DNA of 62,200 nt, filler included, from Choristocarpus tenellus KU-1152 (lineage: Eukaryota > Protista > Phaeophyceae): NCBI GenBank assembly GCA_964200185.2. It is 10 parts of 10 records of this genome, joined end to end, with 100 filler letters (N's around TTAATTAATTAA, not from the genome) between each part and the next. Parts side by side here need not be neighbours in the genome. Positions count along the whole stretch, not along the records: positions 25,605 to 36,229 come from CAXNAD020002820.1; positions 36,330 to 43,027 come from CAXNAD020007540.1; 8 more parts are not named here. The stretch is one strand, 5' to 3'. The notes under the pieces were generated by a model that ran no database searches, was not told the DNA's origin, and saw only the letters and a list, made by a program, of their open reading frames with translations. How positions within the stretch are numbered: position 1 is the stretch's first letter; each line of letters opens with the position of its first letter. The position numbers were made by a program, and so were the translations under genes. Of the stretch, positions 25,761 to 36,500 are shown in pieces.

Positions 25761-27760
25761 CTAGTGAGTGTGCTTCGCATCTCTCCAACCATGGGTAAGC
25801 ATGAAGTCCTGGCATTCCTGCTCAACCTCCCCTTCGCCATCTCCTTCCTGCTTCAGCTCCTCCCGCAGCATGGACAAAGCATCTCTCACGCCCTTGACAG
25901 TACGCTCCTGCAAATTTGCTTTGACGCACATTGTGCATACACCATATGACTCAAGTCGATCGTGGTAGTCCATGAGCTCTGTGAAAAGACCCCGGTAGAA
26001 GCGGATAATGGCCTCATGCTGGATGGCCTCAGGGGGGAAAGGGGGTGGGCGGGTGGGTAGGGGACATGGATCACTGATGTGAGAAAAATATAGTACGGAC
26101 ACATTTATCCCTTTGTGTGTTGGCAAAGTATGCACTGCATGCTGTCCATAGAGTGTACATGGATTGGTACTTTGAGGGCCGCACAAAATGACATGAAAAC
26201 CTGGGCACATAGGACAAATGATGGCCAATTCTTTGAGGCAAGGAGTAACAGCTGGAACGAGTTTCTCTGGTGAGTCCCTCCTCTGTGCAAGTGGTGTTTG
26301 ACTAAGCAAGCAGTCTTAATGCAACGATTTTACAGGGCTTCACCTCTTGGTAACATTATTAAAATGAACATGATCAGCAATTGTTTATTATGGCACTACT
26401 ACATAATGTCCTTGTACAATCTACAATTTCTACACAAATCGTACCGGTCCAGGACACTTCATTAACACACTCTTTGGATGCACGCAGTTAAGAATAGTGC
26501 TTGTGAGTTATTGCGGTGGTTTCGGACAAGTTTTTAATTGCCAAAAACTATCACACTCATACTGGGATTGCATATGGTACCTCTTCAACATACTCATTGT
26601 TGCTGTTGATGGAGAATATTCACTATTACCCCTCAAGGACGATGTTGCATCTCTAGTCTATCCCAACTCCGAATCAAGCTTTCATAATTTCCTCTCTGCT
26701 ATCACATCTAGATCTATCCAGAGGTTTTGTAGCCAACGAAAGCGAATGGAAAGCTTCTCAACACACCTTTGATTGCGACAAGTGCCGTAGGTACGTCTTG
26801 GCTTCAACCGCAGCACGCACGCCTCGACGCTCACCGTCGTGGTCGCCCTGTCCCAAATGGCCCAATGATGATCTGGAGGACACCCCAAAACTGTGCAAGC
26901 CAGGGGCGCATTGGAAGAGTGAAGACACACACCGATAACAACGCGAAGGTGGACTTGGTAGGGCAACGCTGCTAACCACTGCGAGACATGGAAATAGTCC
27001 TCACGAAATATGTCCAAGGCAACGACATCAGTGCTTCTTCAACACCCAGCTTCGGTGATCCTACCTTATGGCAAACATCAAATCCAGTTGGTTATCTCAC
27101 TGGATAGAATCTCACCATGCATCGACGGTGTTCCCGCTAGTAAGACAGCCCCAGCGAAGTTCGTCGTCGGAATCAGGAGCAGCGAGGATCACCAGGTGCG
27201 CCGCCACGATGACTCGAGGCTACAGCAGGTAATATATGCACAACACCACAGACATCGAGGAAAAACGAGAATTGACTGAACCAAAAATTCTATGTTACGT
27301 AAGCTATGAAGAAGTACATCATGACACTTACCAAAACAACTACTTGTTAGTATTGTGGATCCGATGCATTTTGCGCGTGACATACTCACAAACCTAATCA
27401 CCGTAGAGCAATGCACTTGCTATACAGTCTGTTGGTGTTGTGGGGGAAAAGTTTCTCTCTGATAACATCAGGGCCGAGCCGGTAACAGTTTGCAAGGACG
27501 TATCTCACCAAAGCAAACATCTTAATAGGGTCAAAGAGGAGTGGTAGAGGATCCATATATGTCACAATCTCTTCCTCGATGCTTCCATTGCTCACAAATG
27601 ACATTCGAACTCTATTTCTGTTTGTCTGCTGACTAAAACTGGCAATGCTGAGTTCACACAAATCCACTTCAACCTGTCCCAGGATACACAGGAGTTGGAC
27701 GTTGTCTTCTTTTGATTTCAGGATATGCAATGGGCGTTCGACCCCAAGAAGCCTTATCAA
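25761..27760 (-). CDS. Hypothetical multi-exon gene divergent from eIF4A
   Basis: Successive minus-strand open segments with exon-like borders lie at ~27760-27400, ~27230-27116, ~27033-26690 and ~26030-25761. I recognise no domain and the start is uncertain. Confidence 0.4.
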
Positions 27761-27957
27761 TTAGCGTATATTTTACTAAGGAATATATATTAACTTAAAT
27801 ACGATTGATATTACAAGATGAAGTCAATAGTATGGTTAATATCCTGTCTGAATGGATGAAAACGTGGGCGGTGGTGGAGGGAGGTTGTGCCTGTAACACC
27901 ACTTTTGAGAACAAATCACAAGCTTCACCCTTCATCATCAACTTTTAATCTCTTAAC

Positions 27958-30900
27958 ATGGCGGACGAGAATAGGTGGGTGCCCATGTGCAGTTGAACGC
28001 AATAATGGGTGGGCCTTGTTTCAATTGTTCATAGGAATTTGCCCAAAGAAATTCCACGGGTAGGTGACATCCTGTCCCCTGACGTCCTGTATCACTTGCG
28101 GAGAGGGAAAGCTTGGGGCTTTTCCTCGTCATGGGTGTTGTTTGGACTTGGATGGACTTATAGCATCTTTTTCTTTTGCATCACAGGGAAGAAGGAGCAG
28201 GAGGGTACTCTGGTTCGGGTTCTAACCCTCAAATGACTGAGGATGACATCAAAACTAACTGGGAAGAGTGTATCGAGTCCTTCGATGCTATGGAGCTTCG
28301 TGAGGAGCTCCTCAGAGGTATCTACGCCTATGGTTTCGAGAAGCCATCGGCAATCCAACAGGTTAGTTTGGGGAAAGTTCGGGCCTCATCCTAGCCTCCC
28401 ACTTTTCATTCATATAACCACAAGTAATGTTTCTCCATGTCTGTCTGCGCCTTACTTGTCTTACCATATTGGCTCATGATGCCCGAATTATGACCTGCAG
28501 CGCGCTGTCAAGCCGATCCTGATGGGGAAGGACTGCATCGCCCAGGCCCAGTCCGGTGAGAGGAGTGGTCAAGCCCGCTAAAACTTGCATTTAACCGTAG
28601 CAGGAGATGGCTGTGAGAGTGGGAGCTTGGCCTTTGTAGTTTCACTTGTACAGAAGGCGTCTGGATTCGTCTTATTTTTGCAGGAGGTAGGACCTTGGAG
28701 AGCGTGGCGGGATGAAGACTCAATAAAATACCATCTTTCGAGTCTGAATTCTCAATGTCTGAAAGAACCTCTGACAAGCTGACCGTCTCAATCTCCTCGT
28801 ATGATAGTCTTTAATTGAAAAATGTGAATTATAGTAGCAAGGGCGTTACTGCAGAAATTTGGTCAAGGGTAGGGATTTTTACGTAGAGGTACTCGTAGCG
28901 ACTTAGTTGTGATGACATGTTCGCTTTCCACTTTTGTCTGTACTGCCATACTCTGTAAACCCCCCACAACATGATATGTTGTGCCATTCCCATCTATAAA
29001 CGTTTCCCTGGCGGTTTGGTGGGGAGCCGATGTTGGGATTGCGAAAGTTCAGAGAGTTGACAGAAACAAGGTGCACGGTTTTAGGATGACACCAAGAACA
29101 CATAACTTCTGAAGAAGTCGAGTGTACAAAATCCGTCATCGGAAATTTGTCGCTCTGAGCTCTCCTTCAGTGCATGGTTTATAGTTTGAAATAGGGGGAG
29201 GTCGGAAATTTGTATTTTGGAAAAACGATCACACGGCACAGTGTGTTGATTCCTTGCTTCTCCAAGTTAGAATAGTTTCATAGGTAATCTCATCTACAAA
29301 TCAACATGAGCATGAGTTCCATCCAAATTTGAGATAGTTGTATACGTGGGCAGGTGGGACTACGCTGAAATATTTCTCTTGGAATATTGTACTTTGTACT
29401 TACAGCACAGTTTCTTTTTTTTTAACGTCATGATTTAAGGTTAATTGGGAAGTCTTATTGCTCATGATTTAAGGTTGCTCATTCGTGATCAACTGTTTGG
29501 ATTTGATTGTGTTGTAGTTCATAGGTCTCCACAAGGGTGGTATATCCTGATGAGAGGATGTAAGGCTTTGAAGTCAACGCCCAATGTATGTGTTGTCTTT
29601 TTGGGGAGGAGTTATTTCATCTCAATTTCTCTACATAGTTTTATAAAAATAGTTGTGATATGACTGGTTTCTGTCTTCGCATGACTTACGAGTGAAGAGA
29701 TAATTGACAACACCCCAAATTGTTGATATGAAGCAGTTTGCCTTTAAATTCCCATGGAAAATGGCTCTATGTGCACAACAGTCTAATTTATTGGGCTAGG
29801 TGAGGGTTTTGAATGATCTCAAGAATTGACTTCAGCTCGACACCTTCACAGCATTCTGTGTAAGTATCTATGCTTAAGCATGTGTTTCTGTGCTGATTTG
29901 AGTTGAAAGTTACTACTTCGAGGTCTGTTACAGATAGAAAATGAGATTATGTCGCAGTGACTAACTTCAAAGCATGTCTTACCTTTTCAACGTGGAAGTA
30001 GTTCTTTCCTCAGGTTCATGTCTGCTAGACAGCATTATTTTAGGTTCTTGCTTGCTCTATGTAGGGGTGTTGATATTATGCTTTGAAACGTCCTGTGGGA
30101 GAGGGCAAGATGAGGCAAATGAAAAGTCTGATAGAACAGAAGACTGCGATAAATGCCAAATTTCGAGTTTGAACTCATCCTGTTTGTACAGTACATGTAG
30201 CAATCTGATTGTGACAAGGTGAGTTTTTCATGACAACATGTCAGGTTTCAATTCACCTACCTGCTGAGCTGTATAATAAAAAAAAATGGGTTGTCTATGT
30301 GTGGAAAGTGCTGTGATTAGCTTCTTAGCGTTTAGACAGATGGAGAGCTTGACAGAATGATGACTAAGAAAATTACCATCTTTCGAGTCTGAACACATCC
30401 TGTATGTAAATTTTCCACTTGACTGACTGATTCAAGCACTCCATTGTGTATCTGTGGTCTTCAATCATGCAGCAGTTGTCTCACTTGATGTGAACTGGTG
30501 CAGCATGTGTTGAAACGGGGGGGGGGGGTGGGAGTATGGGCAGGATGTGGTGCTGGAACAGAAATTGAGTAGCAAAGGGTCGATGAAAGGAGAGAGCCTG
30601 ACGGAATGATGACTACTTCAAATACCATCTTTCGAGTCTGAACGTATCATGTCTGTATCAAACCTCTGACAAACTGACTGTCTTGAGCTCTCCATATCAC
30701 ATGTTCTCTTTTCTCAATGATAACTTGATTCTCTTGCTGTTGTGTGTAGTATTACCATAAAGTTGTGGATGCGCACCTTGCCCAGCCTGTCTAATCGTTG
30801 AATTGGTGTCAAGAACGTATGTTACTAACTGGTACTTACTCCCATGTAAATGTTAATGTTGTGTAGGAAGCATTGTGTTCTGATCGTTTTGCTGTCACAA

Positions 30901-33900
30901 AACCTTTCAGGAACGGGTAAGACGGCCACTTTTGCGGTATCGATTCTACAAAAGATCGATGTTAACTTGACTGAGTGCCAGGCACTTGTTCTTGCTCCCA
31001 CCCGTGAGCTTGCACAGCAGATTGTGAAGGTGGTGCGTGCCCTGGGAGACTACATGCAGCTGCAGGTGGGAGATATTTTTTTGAAAAGAGTCACCATCAG
31101 TTTGATTATATTTTATTGTCTTCTTGCATCACTGACTTGAAGGTACCTTAGAGCGCTGTGGTATATAGTTGATTGTGGACCCTAGATTGGAGTTTTTTTG
31201 TTGCCCCTCTGGTCAGTGATACGAAAGGTTGGGCTATGATATAACATGTGTGTATGGTGAACCCAAGCGCCACCTGAATTGCTTGTTGTACAAGATTGGG
31301 TAGGGTATACTTCTTTCTCTACTCTCATCAACGTTCCCCGTTCCAGCTACAAGTAATTTCTGTCATTGAATTAGAATTGTCTCTATTTCAGTGGATTGGT
31401 ACTTTACTTGCACGTAACCTACATAGCAAAGAGAAGAATACTATCTAGGCTGGTGATGGTGAAGTTCCAGGCTAGTAGTGAGCATGTAAGAAAAAGTTTA
31501 TGGAAATACGTCCATTCTATGAATGTCTATCGCTATAAATCTGTCTCTGACATCCAAGGTCAATCTAATCGCCCTATAAATTTTGTTTGTTGACTCTTAC
31601 GTTGGAAGGTGCATGCATGTGTTGGAGGCACAGCAGTGCGTGATGATATCCGTACACTGCAAAATGGGGTTCACCTTGTTGTGGGAACTCCAGGACGAGT
31701 GTATGATATGATCAACCGTGGGGCCCTTCGCCTAGAGCGTGTGGGTATGTTTGTACTGGATGAGGCTGATGAGATGCTTTCTCGTGGTTTCAAGGACCAG
31801 ATCTATGATGTGTTCCAATACCTTCCTGAAAAAGTGCAGGCAAGTAAGCTTGATTTAAGGAAGTGAGTTTATTGTTTAGGAGTTGTTGGAGTGAAATTTG
31901 GTGTCTTGGAGTATTTTTTTTCAATTGGCCAGTTTTTTTATAGATCTGTTGCAAATGTTTTGGGACCTTTTGGAGAGACACCTGAGGTCGCTACTAGTGG
32001 CGATTTTTCTTTTCTCACTAGATTCAAGATGTTTACCCAGCATATGGTACTATCCTTGAGACATGTACTGTCGAGAAAGGTATGCAAACAGAGTTTGTGC
32101 AATAATAATAAAAACTAGATTCTTAGATGTGGTAGATTTTATAGTATGAAGTGGGTAATGCCCCTCTCCAACGACTCTTGTGTTGCCCTTCAGACTAGCA
32201 CTAGTTCTCTTTGTTGCTTGCCTCGCTCCTCTTAATGTACTCTGATGAAATTGGTTATTAAATTTGTGATTTGTTGCCCCTTGCAGGTGGCACTATTCTC
32301 TGCAACTATGCCTCTAGAGGTGCTTGAAGTGACTAACAGATTTATGCCTGATCCGGTGAGGATCCTGGTAAAGAGGGATGAACTTACCTTGGAGGGTAAG
32401 TGGCCTGGCATGCCAGTGTATGTGTGTTTGGTTGCATGAACTACAGCAGTAGAGTGAGTTGTACTGGTGAGGAGGAAAAGTAGGAGAGGGTGGAAGGTTT
32501 ATACGGGCTTTCACAATTTTTGGATTACTGTTGCGTTCACCAAGACCAGTTTGGTCTAGTATTTTTTACAGATGGGATACATAAATATACAGGATATTTG
32601 TACAGACGATTTTATAGCTGTCTGCTTGGGGTGAGATATCAAATTTGATGTGTAACAGTTCTTTGCTGTCCTGAATGCCTTTACAATTTTACAACTATTT
32701 TGTTAAGAGTTGATCGCTCTGAGTGTGTTTTAGTTGTGTGCTTTACTTCAACCAGCTCACCTCTACTTCCATTTTGCAAGACATTTTGTGGCATTTTTTT
32801 CTTCTGATTTGATTTCTTGGTTGCAAAACTGCCTACGGTTGTTGTAAGGTATCAAGCAGTTTTACATTGCTGTGGAGAGGGAAGAGTGGAAGCTGGATAC
32901 ACTGTGTGACCTCTACGAGACACTGACTATCACTCAGGCTATCATTTACTGCAACACTCGGCGGCGTGTGGACTGGCTTTCAGAGAAGATGCAGGTTTGT
33001 TTGAACATTATATTTTGTTATTGAAATCTCACAGGAGGGGAAATTGGGAGAAACGATTTGTATGTGTATTTGCTTAGATTGTATACAATTACTGTTTGCT
33101 TGCAGAGCTTGTTTTGATTATTTCGAAGCAGTAGTATCCAATCAGTGAAGTACCAAAAAAATCATTGTTTTATCTGCATGTAAGGGAAGTTATCAGTTAC
33201 ATCCCATCTTATGTGTATGGGGTGTTGATGATTTTTCCATTGACAATCTTACGTATGGCTTTAGTTCGTTACTCCCTCAAAGGGTGTCATCACTGTTTTT
33301 ATTTCTATGTTTATGGTCTTCTCACTTGTGTAGGCCGCTCGTTGATTAAACTTTTGTTATTTGCCCTGTGATTGTGCAGTTGTGACAGTCGGTGACATAA
33401 CTTGCTTGTTCTCAGCATGCTGTCATTATTATTGCTTGTTCCACAGTGCATCCCCACACTTAACCTTGACTTGCTTTTCATGTTTTTTGGTGTGACTATG
33501 TGTTCCTCTTGCTTGTTACTCTTCAGGATCGAGACTTTACAATCTCTTGCATGCACGGGGACATGGGACAGGGGGAGCGCGATGTGATCATGCGTGAGTT
33601 CCGCTCGGGGTCTTCACGAGTTCTCATCACCACTGACCTGCTGGCCCGTGGTATTGATGTTCAGCAGGTAACACTCTTCAACTGCCTTTGCCCCAAATGG
33701 TGTGTGCTTGTTGAAGTTGAATAGGAATATCCTAGTGAGTACACTTCTAATTGGAAATTTGAAGTTGACTTCTCACCACGACCTCAAATGCAGGAGGCAA
33801 ACAAGTAGGGGAAAATGATGTGGGAAGGGCAGTAGCAGCATGTGAAGTAGAGGCTGCAGATGAGGATGGGAAGGGAGAACAAGTATGGGGGCGATACAGT

Positions 33901-34493
33901 ATTCTACTGATGAGGATGGGAAGGGAAGGACTCTGTTCAGCAGTATGGGTGATGGGGGAGGTTTTGAAGAAAGTACTATGTGTATGTTGTCAAATTGAGT
34001 TTGCATTGATGAGGCTCTGTTTTGTGTCATTCGTATGAAATGAGCATTACACACATCTTCTAACAATATGTGCCACTTGTGGAGCAGGTTTCACTTGTTA
34101 TCAACTACGACCTGCCCACCAATCGCGAGAACTACATCCACAGGATAGGTCGCTCTGGGCGTTTTGGGCGTAAGGGTGTGGCTATCAACTTCCTTACACA
34201 GGTGAGGACACCTCTTCCAAGAAAGGAAATGTATACCCCTCAGGCGTTTTTGTATCCAAGTTGCCAGTTACGAGCAGTGTTGAGTCTGAGGAGACAAGTC
34301 TTAGATGTTAATCAGCACTTCAGTAAACTGTAACCCATTTACTGCAACTGACCTGTCCATTTATCTCTCTACTTTGTGTCGTGTCATGTCATGTGTGGTG
34401 ATAAAGGGCGACGTGCGGTACCTCCGTGATATCGAGCAGTTCTACAACACTGAAATTGAGGAGATGCCCATGAACGTGGCTGACCTTATCTAA
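27958..34493 (+). CDS. EIF4A: Eukaryotic translation initiation factor 4A (DEAD-box helicase), 10 exons: 27958-27974, 28187-28361, 28501-28555, 30911-31065, 31609-31839, 32287-32395, 32849-32994, 33527-33667, 34088-34201, 34407-34493
   Basis: Spliced frame contains [54 protein letters not shown] and the C-terminus [11 protein letters not shown]. Splice phases are consistent. Confidence 0.97.
28706..28787 (+). ncRNA. Intronic box C/D snoRNA, SNORD2/snR39B-like, copy 1
   Basis: Box C variant ATGAAGA, D' guide ACCATCTTTCGAGT-CTGA, D guide ACCTCTGACAAG-CTGA and terminal stem GGCGG/CCGTC. Confidence 0.85.
28899..29120 (+). ncRNA. Candidate long (~210 nt) structured box C/D RNA, target unknown
   Basis: GTGATGA at 28909-28915 and CTGA at 29109-29112 are closed by the stem CGACTT/AAGTCG. 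Internal hairpins include CACAACAT/ATGTTGTG and CTCTG/CAGAG. Confidence 0.55.
30352..30429 (+). ncRNA. Intronic box C/D snoRNA, SNORD2/snR39B-like, copy 2
   Basis: Box C ATGATGA at 30357, the identical D' guide TACCATCTTTCGAGT-CTGA, box D at 30423 and flanking stem GGAGAGCTTGA/TCAAGCACTCC. Confidence 0.88.
30600..30682 (+). ncRNA. Intronic box C/D snoRNA, SNORD2/snR39B-like, copy 3
   Basis: Box C ATGATGA at 30606, the identical D' guide, D guide ACCTCTGACAAA-CTGA, and stems GACGG/CTGTC and GGAGAG/CTCTCC. Confidence 0.9.
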
Positions 34494-36329
34494 GTTCAGT
34501 CAACCTGCTGACCCGTTCAACTTCCATATAAGGAGATCTACTCATCGCCTTGGACCTTGCCATAAATTATAATTTTTGCGCTTTTCTCCTCCCCATTCCC
34601 ACTGTACCCCCTTCTTACCTCTGTTCTTTCGTGATTAGGCTGTCCTTTCTATCTTCTGTCCTGATGAAACATCACCATAGCCTCCCTTGCCCTCCATGGG
34701 TCAGAAGGTTAACTGGACAAGTTTTTTTGCTTGATGTGCAAGGCAGTTGTCACTGCACCATAGGAGCCTTTGTGTAGGTTGGTAGAGGTACCCCATAGTG
34801 GTTGGCTACTTTTGGACTGATGGGCAGCTCAAGAACGAGGGTTTAGTACATAGTTGCTGGTAGTGATGGTAGTAGTCATTCGATGTGTGTGATGCATTGC
34901 CAGGATAGCATCATGGAATTTTGTGTGCACACAAGCAAGGGTAAGGTAGGGTAGGTTGAAGGGGTTTGGGTATATGAGGATAAGTCGCTTACATGTATTA
35001 CGGTTTTGTCTAAGAAATATGAGGTTTGGAAGTGGGTTGCAGATTGGTGGATTTTGGCCTTACTGTTGTGAGTTGTCTCTTTGCGGTGGGTACAGCCGTG
35101 CGTTGAGGACCATGTAAGTTAGTGCAGGGAGTAAGGAAGGAGAAGGGGAGGGATAAAATATAACAAGTGGGGTTACAACTGTTTCTTATCTGTTGCGACT
35201 GATGAAATGGGGATTAGTGTTACCCGGAACCTTTGGGTGGTTCCACTAGCACACAGACTGCATATGTATGGCATATGTAGTGGAAGGAAATTGTAGCTGG
35301 GAGCAGAGATGCAAGTTGAGGAGAGGTCAGGAGGCCTTCTATGTGGTGGTAGACCTTGTTTCCTTGCGTTGACTTCCAATGTGTCTCCCACGTTCAGATA
35401 TGTACTGGGAGTTTTTTTTTTTGTTGACCTATCATCTCAAGTTACACAAATATATGGCAATCCCTGTCCCCTGCTGCCCACAGTATACCCTTGTTCCCCT
35501 CTCTTTCCCTCCCTCTCTTCCAACCCCCACTTTTCAGGTACTTTGATGAGTGAAGTGGTAATGCATTTTGATGCATGGATATAACGTAGTCTGTAAAAGA
35601 TTATGCACAAGATGTCCTAGCTTGAACAAGATAATATTCTTCCTTGTCTCCTCTTGTCCTTAATTGTGTAACAAATTTTGTTAGGCCTCTTGGGGTTCCT
35701 TGACTGTGAGCAAAAACAGTGCAAATAATATTTCTTCTGATGCTACAATCTTGAAAAGTGTGTATTGGCACTAGTTTCACTGTACTTATTTGCAAGTCGT
35801 GCGCAAAAAATATTTCGAAAGGATTCAGAGTTTTTTCACAGGCAGAACTGTTCTACATTAGCTACACAGTGACCTAAGTTACGGGTGAGATAGATATTGG
35901 GATTTCTCCAAGAACTCGCACAAGATGTGCTTCTGCAACAACAGTTCAATCTCTCTCTAGGCACATCATGTGGATTAAGCTATAGACAATCGTGTGGTGG
36001 ATCAGGTGTCTGTACTGCCTTTGTATGCAGTGCCAGTCCAAAAGCACACAATGACTTAATGCTTTTGGATGTATTACCTACGAATATGCTGTGCGTAAGG
36101 TGTTTGCCACAAAATTTAAAGGCTCTTTTTGTGTTCGGCTTGCTTGTTGTCTTGTCCAAGTCTCTTTTTCCCCCTATGATAGTGCATCCCCTTTCCCCCC
36201 CCCCCCCCCCCCCCCTCCCCTCTCAACAANNNNNNNNNNNNNNNNNNNNNNNNNNNNNNNNNNNNNNNNNNNNTTAATTAATTAANNNNNNNNNNNNNNN
36301 NNNNNNNNNNNNNNNNNNNNNNNNNNNNN

Positions 36330-36500
36330 ACTCCAAAATATTTAGGAGCAGGTAAAATGTATACGCCATGAAAAGGTGTGTCCGAAACATGGATATTGAC
36401 ACTTCCTAACAAACACAAAAGCCAAAGTTACATGAAAATCGAAAAATTGGATTGTGGCCCCCAAATGAACGTGACTCTACCCTCTAAGATACTTTGGCTC
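36330..36500 (-). mobile_element. MITE family A, truncated by contig start
   Basis: TIR TACCCTCTAAGATACTTTGGCTC plus internal homology to the other copies. Confidence 0.85.

Noticed and set aside
24086-27958. ARF and eIF4A as a gene cluster
   Set aside because: They are separated by an artificial spacer at 25505-25604, so there is no evidence of real linkage.
29547-29580. CTGATGAG...GAAG hammerhead-like core in eIF4A intron 3
   Set aside because: It has GAAG instead of GAAA, a weak stem II, and no convincing stems I or III.
31545-31562. Minus-strand CCTTGGATGTCAGA resembling the U14 3' end
   Set aside because: It is antisense to the host gene, box D is imperfect, and there is no domain A or box C at the right distance.
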